Translations under genes and position numbers: made by a program
Part shown: one piece after another, positions 49,851-61,846 of the stretch
Layout: the number at the start of each line of letters is the position of its first letter
Position numbering within the stretch: position 1 is the first letter of the stretch
Source: Patescibacteria group bacterium
GTDB lineage: Bacteria > Patescibacteriota > Minisyncoccia > Phycocordibacterales > UBA9973
Assembly (NCBI GenBank): GCA_028868715.1
Contig: JAGWUB010000001.1
Span: forward strand, 183,206 to 247,205
DNA length: 64,000 nt
Direction: 5' to 3'
The notes under the pieces: model-generated
What the model saw: the letters and a program-made list of their open reading frames with translations, nothing else
Database searches by the model: none
Told to the model about the DNA's origin: nothing

Positions 49851-49890
49851 TCAAAAAATCAGGGGTTGAGTGTTATATAACACCAACCCC
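49851..49890 (+). terminator. Rho-independent terminator
   Basis: aggggttg...caacccc hairpin followed by attttttatt. Confidence 0.65.
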
Positions 49891-49971
49891 ATTTTTTATT
49901 CCATTTTGCTTAAAAAACCCTTAAAATACAAGGTAAAATTTACTAGCATCTATAATATATTTCTGCTATAA

Positions 49972-52065
<2,094 letters not shown>

Positions 52066-52068
52066 AAA

Positions 52069-53319
52069 TTATTTTTTATTTTTTATTTCCTCCAAAAGTT
52101 TTTTGAGAAGGTCTTCTTTGGGCATCTGACCAAGTTGACCGTTGTCACGAGATTCTAGAGTTATTTTTCCGGCTTCTATTTCCTTATCACCAATTACTAT
52201 CCAGTAAGGCATTTTGTTATGTTTGGCATCGCGAACTTTGGTGCCGAGATTTTCATCTTTATCATCTAACTCGGCACGAATATTATTTTCTCGAAGCATT
52301 TCATAAACCTCACGGGCATATTCGTTGTGATTTGTGCGTACAGGGATGACTTTTACTTGCACCGGTGAGAGCCAAAGAGGGAAGGCGCCTTCATATTTTT
52401 CTATAAGGAAGGCCATACTACGTTCAATAGCCCCGATAGATGAACGGTGTACCACGAAAGCAAGATGCGTTTCACCATCTTCACCAATATAATTTAAATT
52501 AAATTTACCAGGCATACAAAAGTCATATTGAACAGTGAAGGCTGTGTCTTCTTTACCATTTGCATTTTTCATTTGTATATCTATCTTTGGTCCGTAAAAA
52601 GCTGCTTCATCTTTTGCTTCTTCAAATTTACTTCCTCTTTTCTGCATCAATTTTCGAAGTAGGTCTTCGCTTTTTTCCCAAGCTTCATCATTTTTAAAGT
52701 ATTTTTCAGTATTATTTCTGTCTCCGAGAGAAAGGCGATATCTATAATCAGTATCAAGTTTTAACCCAAAGACAGAAGTAGCATATTCGATGAGGTCAAG
52801 AGCTTTACCTATTTCTTCTACTGCTTGTTCTTCGGTGGCGCAGATTATATGTGCGTCTGACAGACAGAAAGTTCTCACTCTTTGTAGGCCCATAAGCTCA
52901 CCAGATTGCTCATAACGATAAAGTTGAGCAAGCTCGGCTATGCGCATAGGTAGTTCTCTGTAACTATGTGGCTTTGAAAGGTAAAGTTCAAAGTGGTGTG
53001 GACATGTCATAGGACGTAGCATAAACTCTTCGTCATCTATTACGATAGGCGCGTACATCGAATCTTTATAATGGGGATAGTGTCCAGACTTTTTGTAAAG
53101 ATCTAACTTGGCAATATCGGGAGTGCGAACGTGTAAGTATCCTCGTTTTATTTCTTCGTCTACAATAAAACGTTCAAGTTCTCGACGTACTGTCGCCCCC
53201 TTAGGTAACCATAATGGTAATCCTTTACCCACCACGTCACTAAAGGTGAATAGCTCCATTTCTCTACCTATCTTCTTATGATCTCGGCTTTTTTCGCCGT
53301 CTTGTTCATTTTTGTCCAT
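52069..53319 (-). CDS. thrS: Threonine--tRNA ligase, catalytic core plus anticodon-binding domain only (no N-terminal TGS/editing domains)
   Basis: 'RPMTCPHH', 'RVRTFCLSDAHIIC' and 'WLSPVQVKVIPV'. Only 416 aa. Confidence 0.7.
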   Translation of the reverse strand: MDKNEQDGEKSRDHKKIGREMELFTFSDVVGKGLPLWLPKGATVRRELERFIVDEEIKRGYLHVRTPDIAKLDLYKKSGHYPHYKDSMYAPIVIDDEEFMLRPMTCPHHFELYLSKPHSYRELPMRIAELAQLYRYEQSGELMGLQRVRTFCLSDAHIICATEEQAVEEIGKALDLIEYATSVFGLKLDTDYRYRLSLGDRNNTEKYFKNDEAWEKSEDLLRKLMQKRGSKFEEAKDEAAFYGPKIDIQMKNANGKEDTAFTVQYDFCMPGKFNLNYIGEDGETHLAFVVHRSSIGAIERSMAFLIEKYEGAFPLWLSPVQVKVIPVRTNHNEYAREVYEMLRENNIRAELDDKDENLGTKVRDAKHNKMPYWIVIGDKEIEAGKITLESRDNGQLGQMPKEDLLKKLLEEIKNKK

Positions 53320-53399
53320 AAGGTCAATAATATCACATTTTTATTTTTTTTCACTCTTTATTTTGCTTTTCATCCATAATATGTTAAGCTAAGCACATT

Positions 53400-53630
53400 A
53401 TGGTAGTACGAATGAGACATACAAAATCGCATACGAAAAACCGACGTTCTCATCACGCATTGAAGAGCACGAGTTTTACTAAGTGCGAAAATTGCAAGGC
53501 CTTAAAGCGACGTCACACCGTGTGTTCGGCGTGTGGATTTTACCGAGGCAAGAAGGTTTTAGATTTGGTTAAAAAATTAGAAAAGAAACAAAAAAAAGCC
53601 AAAGCAAAGAAAGCAGAAGCAAATAAGTAG
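53400..53630 (+). CDS. rpmF: 50S ribosomal protein L32 with Lys-rich C-terminal extension
   Basis: 'HTKNRRSHHAL...CENCKALKRRHTVCSACGFY'. Confidence 0.8.
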   Translation: MVVRMRHTKSHTKNRRSHHALKSTSFTKCENCKALKRRHTVCSACGFYRGKKVLDLVKKLEKKQKKAKAKKAEANK

Positions 53631-53697
53631 TATTAGGCCCTGGGCCTTAGGCTTTAAATATTTTAAAACCTAAAACCTAAAGCCTAACGTCAAAAAA

Positions 53698-54633
53698 ATG
53701 GCAAATAGGCACCTTTCAAGATCAATAGTACTTCAAACGCTTTTTGAGTGGGATTTCCTTCCTGCCGATAAAAAAGATAATAGTTCCGCTAATGGTGAGA
53801 TAATCGAAGCGCTAAAAAGAAACCTAAAAGAATTCGCTCCAGGACTGGAGGATGATAATTTTGTGCTTGCGCTCATAAGTGAAGTCTTAAAAAATCACGT
53901 AGTTATTGACGAGATTATAGAAAAGGCGGCGCCAGATTGGCCACTGGACAAGATTTCCATCGTTGATAGAAATATTTTGAGAATTGGCCTCTATGAGCTT
54001 CTTTTTGGCGACAGGACTCAAGTACCTCCGAAGGTGGCGATCAATGAAGCCATAGAATTAGCCAAAACCTTCGGCGGAGAAAACTCCAGTAAGTTCGTCA
54101 ATGGCGTACTCGGTGCGGTTTATAAAGAAATAGGCGAACCTGGTAAGGAGCAGAAAAGTAAAATTACTAAAAACAAAAAGTCAGATGAGCCAGTAGACAT
54201 TAGTAAATTAGACATCGAAAGATTGGGTGGGGCACTAGTTTACTCAAAAAATGGTAACGAAATACTTCTCGCTTTCGTGCATGATGTTTTCGGGTATTGG
54301 ACTTTGTCAAAAGGCAAGATCAAGGAAGGTGAGGACGTAGAAGATGGTACTAAGAGAGCAATTAAGAAAGAAATAGGCCTTGATATCGTAATAGAAGAGA
54401 AGTTGGGAGAAAATGAATATGTTGCGACACATCCGTCCAACGGCAAGAGTTTGAAAAAGGTAACTTATTTTTTGGGTAGGAGTGAATACAAGGAGCTAGA
54501 GCTTGAGAAGTCAGGTGGCCTAGATGGAGCGAGATGGTTTGCGCTTTCAGCTATTGCCGAGCTTCGCATTTATAGCGACATTATCCCAATTATTGAAAAG
54601 GCGATCAAAATTATTAGTTCAGAGAATAAATAA
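53698..54633 (+). CDS. nusB: NusB-NUDIX hydrolase fusion protein
   Basis: The N-terminal 150 aa are NusB ('VAINEAIELAKTFGGENSSKFVNGVLG'). The C-terminal 140 aa carry a Nudix box 'GKIKEGEDVEDGTKRAIKKEIGLDI'. Confidence 0.75.
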   Translation: MANRHLSRSIVLQTLFEWDFLPADKKDNSSANGEIIEALKRNLKEFAPGLEDDNFVLALISEVLKNHVVIDEIIEKAAPDWPLDKISIVDRNILRIGLYELLFGDRTQVPPKVAINEAIELAKTFGGENSSKFVNGVLGAVYKEIGEPGKEQKSKITKNKKSDEPVDISKLDIERLGGALVYSKNGNEILLAFVHDVFGYWTLSKGKIKEGEDVEDGTKRAIKKEIGLDIVIEEKLGENEYVATHPSNGKSLKKVTYFLGRSEYKELELEKSGGLDGARWFALSAIAELRIYSDIIPIIEKAIKIISSENK

Positions 54634-54637
54634 TAAT

Positions 54638-55333
54638 ATGATAAATTTTCCAGAATTTGAAGAAAAAACAAAAATATTTTTTAAAGATAAAAACTTGCTC
54701 AAGCAAGCTTTTACGCACCGTTCGTATATAAATGAAAATATTGGAACAGCACTTTCGCACAATGAGCGACTAGAATTTTTAGGAGACGCAGTGCTGGAGT
54801 TGATTGTGACAGATTTTCTTTATAAAAAATATCCAAAGTACGCCGAGGGCGAGTTGACCGCGGTACGTTCAGCTCTAGTAAATGCGATCATCATCTCTGA
54901 AGTAGCTAGCAAGGCCGGCATGAATGATTATTTACTATTGTCTCGCGGAGAGGCTAAAGATCATGGTAAGGCACGACAATATATCTTAGCCAATACTTAT
55001 GAAGCTTACATCGGAGCTCTATATCTAGATCAAGGCTATGATGTGGTGGCTAAATTTTTAAGTGAAAATCTTTTACCAAAAACAGATGAGATAGTAAACA
55101 AAAAACTTTGGCGCGATGCCAAAAGTTTAGTTCAGGAAAAGGCACAAGAATTCATCCAAACTACACCCCAATACAAAGTTTTAAGCGAATCAGGGCCCGA
55201 TCATGACAAGCACTTTACTGTAGGGATTTTCTTTGGATCTGAATTAATAGCTCAAGGTAGTGGTAAGTCCAAACAAGAAGGAGAGGTTGCAGCCGCTCAA
55301 GCAGCATTAAAAATAAAAAATTGGCTAGACTAA
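54638..55333 (+). CDS. rnc: Ribonuclease III
   Basis: 'ERLEFLGDAVLELIV' and a C-terminal dsRBD. The start was set at the Met at 54638. Confidence 0.85.
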   Translation: MINFPEFEEKTKIFFKDKNLLKQAFTHRSYINENIGTALSHNERLEFLGDAVLELIVTDFLYKKYPKYAEGELTAVRSALVNAIIISEVASKAGMNDYLLLSRGEAKDHGKARQYILANTYEAYIGALYLDQGYDVVAKFLSENLLPKTDEIVNKKLWRDAKSLVQEKAQEFIQTTPQYKVLSESGPDHDKHFTVGIFFGSELIAQGSGKSKQEGEVAAAQAALKIKNWLD

Positions 55334-55348
55334 GATAATTACGAAAAT

Positions 55349-57481
55349 ATGAGACTCAAAACTTTAGAAATAAATGGCTTTAAATCTTTTGCACAAAAAA
55401 GTGTTTTAGAGTTTGAGAGTCCAATTATTTGTATCGTTGGTCCGAACGGCTCTGGAAAATCAAACGTGGTTGAAGCCTTTCGTTATGTATTGGGAGAGCA
55501 GTCCATGAAATCCATGCGTGGAAAGTCTGGCCTAGACCTTATTTTCAAAGGGTCAAAAAACTTATCCAAAGGAACTCGTGCTGCCGTAACAGTTTATTTT
55601 AATAATGCTGATAAGGTTTTTAAATTCACCAATGATACAGGAGAAGAGGTAGATTTAAATTACGATATTATTAGCATCTCTAGACAAGTTTTTCCTGATG
55701 GTTTAAATAAATATATTTTAAATGGTTCCGATGTTCGATTGAAAGATATTCACAATCTTTTAGCCTCAGTCAACATTGGCTCAAGTGGACACCACATTAT
55801 TTCACAAGGTGAAGCGGACAGAATTTTAAATGCAAATCCAAAAGAGAGGCGGGCGATGGTGGAAGACGCGCTTGGTCTTAAAATTTATCAATACAAAATA
55901 AAAGAATCCGAGAGAAAACTAGAACGCACAAATGAAAACATGAAGGAAGTTTCCTTGCTTCGCCGAGAGAATGCGCCACACCTAAATTTTTTAAGGAAAC
56001 AAGTAGAGAAATTTGAAAAAGGTAAAGTAATGCAAGGTGAGTTGGCGGCACTTTATCGAGAATACCTAAAAAAAGAATCTATATATCTAGACGAGGAGAA
56101 AGATAATTTATCTAAAGAAAGACATCAAATTGAAGTTGAACTAAAGAGCGTTAACACTAAAATATCTGAAGCTGAAGACTCTAAAAAAGAAAGTATAAAA
56201 ATTGCTGAACTACGAACTGTGGAGCAAAAGTTGAATGAAATTCGTAGAATGAAGGGCGAGTTAGATAGAAAGCTTGGCAGAATTGAGGGTATATTGGAAT
56301 CAAAAGAAAATAAAGAGAAGCTTTCTGGACGTTGTCCTATGTGCGGTAGTGTCATCAAAGAAGTGGATGAAGAGCAAAAAGAAAAAATACACAATGAAGA
56401 AAAAGAATTAGAGGAGTTAAAAAATTCACAAACGAGGACTATCGCAGAAATAAAAACATTAGAAGGAGAAGAAAAAGAAGGCAACGAAAAAGCTGAAAGC
56501 TTGAAAAAGGAAATAAATAGAGAGATGGAGGCACTGCGGGATCAAGAGCGAGAAAAGTTTACCTATAAGGTTAAACAACAAGAGCTCACTTCTCACTTGG
56601 AGCTTTTGGCAGTTAAACAAGAAAACCTAGGACGAAGCATGGAGGCATTTCAAAACGAAATCAAAGAAGGTATCGCCCTTATCGGGCAAGAGATTTTGGG
56701 CTACAAGGATGTCTTAGTGGAAGGTAGAGAGGATAGAGCCATCCAGGAAGAGACTAGAAGAAAAATTGAGCGAATTAAAATAAAACTAGAAGACGTGGGC
56801 CTCTCCGGCGGAGCCGAAATAATGAAAGAGTTTAATGAAGTCTCGGAGAGGGATAATTTCTTGGCCAAGGAAATGGAAGATTTAACCAAGAGTATCGAAT
56901 CGCTCCAAAAACTTATCGCCGACTTGAAGGAAAAAATTGATATAGAGTTCCAAGAGGGTGTTAAAAAAATTAATGTAGAGTTTCAACAATTCTTCTCACT
57001 GATGTTTGGTGGGGGAACTGGATCTCTGTCTATCGTTACCCCTAAGCCAAGAAAAAGAAAAGCTGATGAAGAGTTGGATGAAGACGAAGAGATTGAAGAT
57101 TTTGAAGATGAAGATACAGTGCCGGAGCAGGGAATAGAGATAAATGTTTCTCTGCCACATAAAAAAGTTAAAGAACTGCAAGCACTCTCTGGTGGAGAGA
57201 GGTCGCTGACTTCTATTGCTATACTCTTTGCTATGTCACAGGTGAATCCGCCACCATTTCTAGTATTGGATGAGACGGATGCTGCGCTCGATGAATCAAA
57301 CTCTAGGAAATATGGTGATATGTTAGAGAAACTTTCTAAACATTCTCAGCTTATCGTGGTCACTCACAATCGTGAGACAATGTCTCGCGCTGGAGTACTA
57401 TATGGCATCACTGTCGGCGCCGACGGCGCCTCCAAGCTCCTCTCTGTCAAATTTGAAGAAGCCACCCAAATTGCGAAATAA
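55349..57481 (+). CDS. smc: SMC-family chromosome segregation ATPase, short form with CxxC zinc hook in place of hinge
   Basis: SMC head 'MRLKTLEINGFKSF...GPNGSGKSN...RYVLGEQSMKSMRG' and C-terminal 'LSGGERSLTSIAILFAMSQVNPPPFLVLDETDAALD'. 'CPMCG' lies at mid-coil. Length 710 aa. Confidence 0.8.
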   Translation: MRLKTLEINGFKSFAQKSVLEFESPIICIVGPNGSGKSNVVEAFRYVLGEQSMKSMRGKSGLDLIFKGSKNLSKGTRAAVTVYFNNADKVFKFTNDTGEEVDLNYDIISISRQVFPDGLNKYILNGSDVRLKDIHNLLASVNIGSSGHHIISQGEADRILNANPKERRAMVEDALGLKIYQYKIKESERKLERTNENMKEVSLLRRENAPHLNFLRKQVEKFEKGKVMQGELAALYREYLKKESIYLDEEKDNLSKERHQIEVELKSVNTKISEAEDSKKESIKIAELRTVEQKLNEIRRMKGELDRKLGRIEGILESKENKEKLSGRCPMCGSVIKEVDEEQKEKIHNEEKELEELKNSQTRTIAEIKTLEGEEKEGNEKAESLKKEINREMEALRDQEREKFTYKVKQQELTSHLELLAVKQENLGRSMEAFQNEIKEGIALIGQEILGYKDVLVEGREDRAIQEETRRKIERIKIKLEDVGLSGGAEIMKEFNEVSERDNFLAKEMEDLTKSIESLQKLIADLKEKIDIEFQEGVKKINVEFQQFFSLMFGGGTGSLSIVTPKPRKRKADEELDEDEEIEDFEDEDTVPEQGIEINVSLPHKKVKELQALSGGERSLTSIAILFAMSQVNPPPFLVLDETDAALDESNSRKYGDMLEKLSKHSQLIVVTHNRETMSRAGVLYGITVGADGASKLLSVKFEEATQIAK

Positions 57482-57484
57482 GAT

Positions 57485-59434
57485 TTACACTAAAACGTAA
57501 TCAATTGTTTTTCGTTCTAAGTCAACACCACGGACTTTTATTTTAACGCGATCACCGAGACGGTATCGCTTTTTTCGTTTTTGCCCGACGAGCTCCAATT
57601 TCTTTTCATTAAAAACATAAAAATCATCTTTCATATCGCGCACGCGTACTAGTCCTTCACATTTGGTTTCCACTTCTTCCACATACAACCCCCATTCGGT
57701 GATGCCGGCAATTACGCCCTCAAATTTTTCTCCCGCACGCTTGCTCATGTATTCCACTTGTTTATATTTAATCGAAGATCGTTCGGCATCGGTCGCGCGC
57801 TTCTCTTGTTCGGATGCGATTCTAGCCATCTTTTCATAAGCATAAATATTTTCTTTTTTGATTTTCTTATGAGATAGAAAATCCTGCAGCAGTCGGTGAA
57901 CGATGATGTCTGGATAACGCCTGATCGGGGAAGTAAAGTGAGTATAATAAGGGAAGGCGAGCCCATAGTGACCAATATTTTTTGTGGAGTAAATGGCTTT
58001 GGCCATAGATTTTATTACCGCGCGATTAACCGCATCTGCCTCTGGTTTTCCAGCCAAACTCTCCAGTAACCTGTTTATTTCATGGGTTGGGATGACTCCA
58101 TCTACGAGCGATATTTTATATCCTAAATTTCTCAAAAAGAATGCCAAGTCGGTCATTTTTTCTTTAGTTGGTAAATCATGCACCCGGTAGATAGATATCT
58201 CTTTGTTTTTGGAGGTCTTAGTATCTCCAGAGATTAATTTTGCCACTTTTTTATTAGCTAAGAGCATAAACTCTTCTATCAGTCTATTTGAGTTACCACG
58301 TTCTTTTTTTATTATATCAATGGGAACTCCATACATGTTGAGTACAAATTTAACTTCTTCCTGCTCCAATGATATGGCACCTTCTTTAAATCTTTCCTTG
58401 GTAAGTTTTTTTGCTAGGTCATTTAAAATAGATAATTCTCTATGGAGTGGCGCCTTGGAATTTTTAATGGATTCTTCTGCTTCTTCATAGGTAAATCTTT
58501 TTTGAGAATGTATCACGGTGCGTCCAAACCATTCACTTTTTACCTTCGCATTTTTGTCTATAATAAAAACAGCACTCATGGTCAGACGATCCTTGTTTGG
58601 CACTAAACTGCACAAATCATTGGAAAGAATTTCTGGGAGCATGGGTATGGTTCTATCTACTAGATAAACCGAGGTCCCGCGTTCACTAGCTTCTTTATCC
58701 AAAACACTACCGACTTTTACATAATATGAAACATCTGCAATATGAATACCGATTTCATACTCTACGTCTTTTCCATTTTTTATTTCCTTAAACGATAGGG
58801 CATCATCAAAATCCTTGGCGTCACTTGGATCAATGGTAAAGGTGAGAGTTTTTCTAAAATCACGACGGTCGACATAGTCTGTTTCCTTGATACCTCGCAC
58901 TTTTATTTCTCTTGCTTCAGCCTCCACTTTTTTTGGAAGTTCTGAATCAAAACCTTTTTCCATGGCGATGGATAACATCTCGGCATTATTGTCTCCAGGG
59001 TTACCTAAAATTTTAACCACTTCTCCGGTCGGAGCTTTGCGAGCATCTTTCCATGAAATTATTTGCACAAAAACTTTTTGCCCAGTCTTGGCACCATTTA
59101 AATTTTCCTTTGGTATTAAAATATCCGTATACATTTTTGTATCGTCTGGCTTTAAAAAAATCATGCTGTCCTGCTGTTCCAGCACTCCAGCAAAGCTCAT
59201 CTTTGCCCGCGAGATTATTTTTGAAACTTCGGCAGTCTGACGCCCGCGCCCCTTTGGGTGGTAAATGATTTCTACTGTATCTCCATGCAGGGCAGTGTTT
59301 AAATGCTTAGAATCAATTTCTGGGTCCTTTAGTTTACTTTTATCCTCACCAATAGCCACATAGCCCGTACCCTTGGAGGATATGGATATAATGCCTTGAG
59401 CCCTATTGGTTTTTTTGGGCGGTTGGTGTTTCAC
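57485..59434 (-). CDS. rnr: Ribonuclease R / RNase II family exoribonuclease
   Basis: Cold-shock/OB domains, an RNB catalytic domain and a C-terminal S1 domain. Confidence 0.85.
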   Translation of the reverse strand: MKHQPPKKTNRAQGIISISSKGTGYVAIGEDKSKLKDPEIDSKHLNTALHGDTVEIIYHPKGRGRQTAEVSKIISRAKMSFAGVLEQQDSMIFLKPDDTKMYTDILIPKENLNGAKTGQKVFVQIISWKDARKAPTGEVVKILGNPGDNNAEMLSIAMEKGFDSELPKKVEAEAREIKVRGIKETDYVDRRDFRKTLTFTIDPSDAKDFDDALSFKEIKNGKDVEYEIGIHIADVSYYVKVGSVLDKEASERGTSVYLVDRTIPMLPEILSNDLCSLVPNKDRLTMSAVFIIDKNAKVKSEWFGRTVIHSQKRFTYEEAEESIKNSKAPLHRELSILNDLAKKLTKERFKEGAISLEQEEVKFVLNMYGVPIDIIKKERGNSNRLIEEFMLLANKKVAKLISGDTKTSKNKEISIYRVHDLPTKEKMTDLAFFLRNLGYKISLVDGVIPTHEINRLLESLAGKPEADAVNRAVIKSMAKAIYSTKNIGHYGLAFPYYTHFTSPIRRYPDIIVHRLLQDFLSHKKIKKENIYAYEKMARIASEQEKRATDAERSSIKYKQVEYMSKRAGEKFEGVIAGITEWGLYVEEVETKCEGLVRVRDMKDDFYVFNEKKLELVGQKRKKRYRLGDRVKIKVRGVDLERKTIDYVLV

Positions 59435-59520
59435 TCTTTAAATATAACACATAATTAGGCCATAAATCTTATTTGACAACAAGTTTTTAATGTGTTAGAC
59501 TGCCAAAAGGAGGTAGTACC

Positions 59521-59700
59521 ATGGCAAAGTTTGTTGGCCCTAATAAAGGGCTTTATGACGGCCGGCAAGAGCTGGTCGAGTATTCTCAGCCGAAAGGTTG
59601 GGACAAAAACACGACTTCGTCACTCACAGTGACGTTAGCCATTATGTTTGGAATAGGGCTAACCCTGTTCCTTGTTTTTAGGTGGTATTTTTCGAAATAA
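59521..59700 (+). CDS. Small membrane protein (59 aa)
   Basis: Strong SD 'aaaggagg' and a C-terminal TM helix. Confidence 0.3.
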   Translation: MAKFVGPNKGLYDGRQELVEYSQPKGWDKNTTSSLTVTLAIMFGIGLTLFLVFRWYFSK

Positions 59701-60013
59701 GGAAAATACCTAGGAGGTTATTTATGCCCGAACATGAACGGGAGGACATAATGTTCCTCCCAGACGACGAGCACCAAGTTGCCGATAAGCACTTATCCGA
59801 AGCTGAAGTTCAGCACCGGTTTAAACTTATTAGGAATGTTCTTCTATTCGTTTTAGTTGCCAGTGGGATCTGGTATATATGGTTACACGGCTTACCCTGA
59901 TTAAAATGGATAAGCCGAAAAATATCAGCGCCGTCGCGAGACATCTCCGACGGCGCTATTTTGTTTTTATGACGCCAATTTGCCTTTTTAGTAAATTATG
60001 TTAAGCTCTATTT

Positions 60014-60322
60014 ATGTTAAAAATAAGACTTCAGAGAATAGGCAGAAAGAATGATCCGGCTTTTCGGGTGGTTTTGACTGATTCCAAGAACAGCACCAAG
60101 AGCGGAAAATTTTTAGAAATACTCGGTAGTTACAATCCCAAGCTCGGGGTCAAAACTCTCAGCGCCGAACGCATAAAATATTGGATGGGGAACGGAGCTC
60201 AATGCTCTGATACCATGCACAATTTCTTAGTTCACGACAAAATTGTTGAAGGTAAAAAGAAAAATGTATTACCAAAGAAAAAGCCAACGATGAAAAGGAA
60301 AGAGTTGAAAGCCAAGAAATAA
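60014..60322 (+). CDS. rpsP: 30S ribosomal protein S16
   Basis: 'MLKIRLQRIGRKNDPAFRVV'. Confidence 0.9.
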   Translation: MLKIRLQRIGRKNDPAFRVVLTDSKNSTKSGKFLEILGSYNPKLGVKTLSAERIKYWMGNGAQCSDTMHNFLVHDKIVEGKKKNVLPKKKPTMKRKELKAKK

Positions 60323-60395
60323 TTCGCTATACTTACAGCAAGCAGTTACCTAGTCGCAATACTGCACGATTAAAAGATTAATATATTTTAACAAT

Positions 60396-60752
60396 ATGGA
60401 AGAAGCAGACAAGATATTTCTAGAATACGTAGTCAAGGCACTGGTTGACAATCCGAACGATGTAAAGATCGATAGAACCGTCGATGAAATGGGTGTACTA
60501 ATCAGTCTTACAGTAAACCCTGCAGATATGGGTAAAATAATCGGAAGAATGGGAAACACCGCCAAAGCTATTCGTACACTACTTAGAATTATTGGCATGA
60601 AAAACAATGCTCGCGTAAACCTAAAGATAAATGAACCAGAAGGAAGTGTCAGGCCAGAAGCTACACACTCAGCTCCACCTGCAGGTCACGGAAGCACACC
60701 TAGCTCATTCAAGACAGTCGACGAAGCAATGGATGATTTGAAAGGAATATAG
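60396..60752 (+). CDS. KH-domain RNA-binding protein (YlqC-like)
   Basis: KH 'GKIIGRMGNTAKAIRTLL'. Follows rpsP. Confidence 0.7.
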   Translation: MEEADKIFLEYVVKALVDNPNDVKIDRTVDEMGVLISLTVNPADMGKIIGRMGNTAKAIRTLLRIIGMKNNARVNLKINEPEGSVRPEATHSAPPAGHGSTPSSFKTVDEAMDDLKGI

Positions 60753-60770
60753 AAAGAATTAAAGAAACAA

Positions 60771-60800
60771 AAAACACCTTAGAAATAAGGTGTTTTTTTG
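60771..60800 (+). terminator. Rho-independent terminator
   Basis: aaaacacctta-gaaa-taaggtgttttttt. Confidence 0.7.
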
Positions 60801-60884
60801 ACAATTAATAGTAGTGGTGCTAGTCTGTATTTGGTTAGGTTATTTGTTTTTAACTTTTAAGTTTTAAGATGGATAGGAGACAAT

Positions 60885-61046
60885 ATGAAAATTCCGTATT
60901 CGTTTTACTTTGTTGGGTATCCAGTACCGATGAGCAAAGAGGAGGCCCTAAAGTTTCGGACTTCCTTTCGGAGAGATAAGGCTTTCTCAGCAGCTCTCAT
61001 CTTCTTGGGTATCATAGTTGCCCTCATGAGGGCACTACTTAACTAA
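60885..61046 (+). CDS. Small membrane protein (53 aa)
   Basis: SD 'ggagac' and a C-terminal TM helix. Flanked by terminators. Confidence 0.3.
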   Translation: MKIPYSFYFVGYPVPMSKEEALKFRTSFRRDKAFSAALIFLGIIVALMRALLN

Positions 61047-61072
61047 GTTTTGTGACCACATAACTATACAAA

Positions 61073-61112
61073 TAGCCGGCGACTTCATGTACGCCGGCTA
61101 TCTCTATTTTTA
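61073..61112 (+). terminator. Rho-independent terminator
   Basis: atagccggcg...cgccggctat followed by ctctattttt. Confidence 0.65.
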
Positions 61113-61141
61113 ATAGGTAAAATTTATGCTATAAATAATTT

Positions 61142-61783
61142 ATGCGTTTTCATATCATTACAATTTTTCCAGAGATGTTTGACTCTTATTTAAAAGAGTC
61201 TATTTTGGGACGGGCGATAAAGGATAAAAAAATATCTATCAAGTTTTACAATCCGATGGATTTTTGTAAACCTAAAGAGCGAGTAGATGCCAGACCCTAC
61301 GGTGGGGGTCCGGGAATGGTGCTACGCCCAGAATTTTTCTTAAAGGCATTTTCAAAGATAAGAATCAAAGACAAGAAGAAAACTAAAATAATTTTATTTT
61401 CTACATCTGGCAAAAAATTTACGACAAGTTATGCAAAGACGGCTGCCAAAAAATACACCGACATTATTTTAATCTCCGGTCGCTATGAAGGCATAGATGC
61501 CCGTGTGCAAAAAATTCTAAAAGCTGAAGAAATTTCAATCGGGGATTATGTGCTGACTGGTGGTGAGCTTCCAGCCATGATTTTGATCGATTCCATTTCT
61601 CGCCAAGTCAAAGGTGTTCTGGGTAAATACGAATCCTTAGAGGAAGAAAGAGTCTCAACTAGTGAAGTCTATACGCGACCAGAAATTTTGAAATACAAGG
61701 GAAAAAGCTATAAAGTTCCAAAAGTTTTACTATCTGGTAATCACAAACTTATTGAAAATTGGAAAAATAAAAGTAAAAAATAA
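61142..61783 (+). CDS. trmD: tRNA (guanine37-N1)-methyltransferase
   Basis: 'MRFHIITIFPEMF' and 'ISIGDYVLTGGELPAMILIDSISR'. Confidence 0.9.
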   Translation: MRFHIITIFPEMFDSYLKESILGRAIKDKKISIKFYNPMDFCKPKERVDARPYGGGPGMVLRPEFFLKAFSKIRIKDKKKTKIILFSTSGKKFTTSYAKTAAKKYTDIILISGRYEGIDARVQKILKAEEISIGDYVLTGGELPAMILIDSISRQVKGVLGKYESLEEERVSTSEVYTRPEILKYKGKSYKVPKVLLSGNHKLIENWKNKSKK

Positions 61784-61846
61784 AAAAAGCGGGATATGGA
61801 ATCAATGATATTCCATAATACCCGCCTTAAATTCTGCAAATTGATT

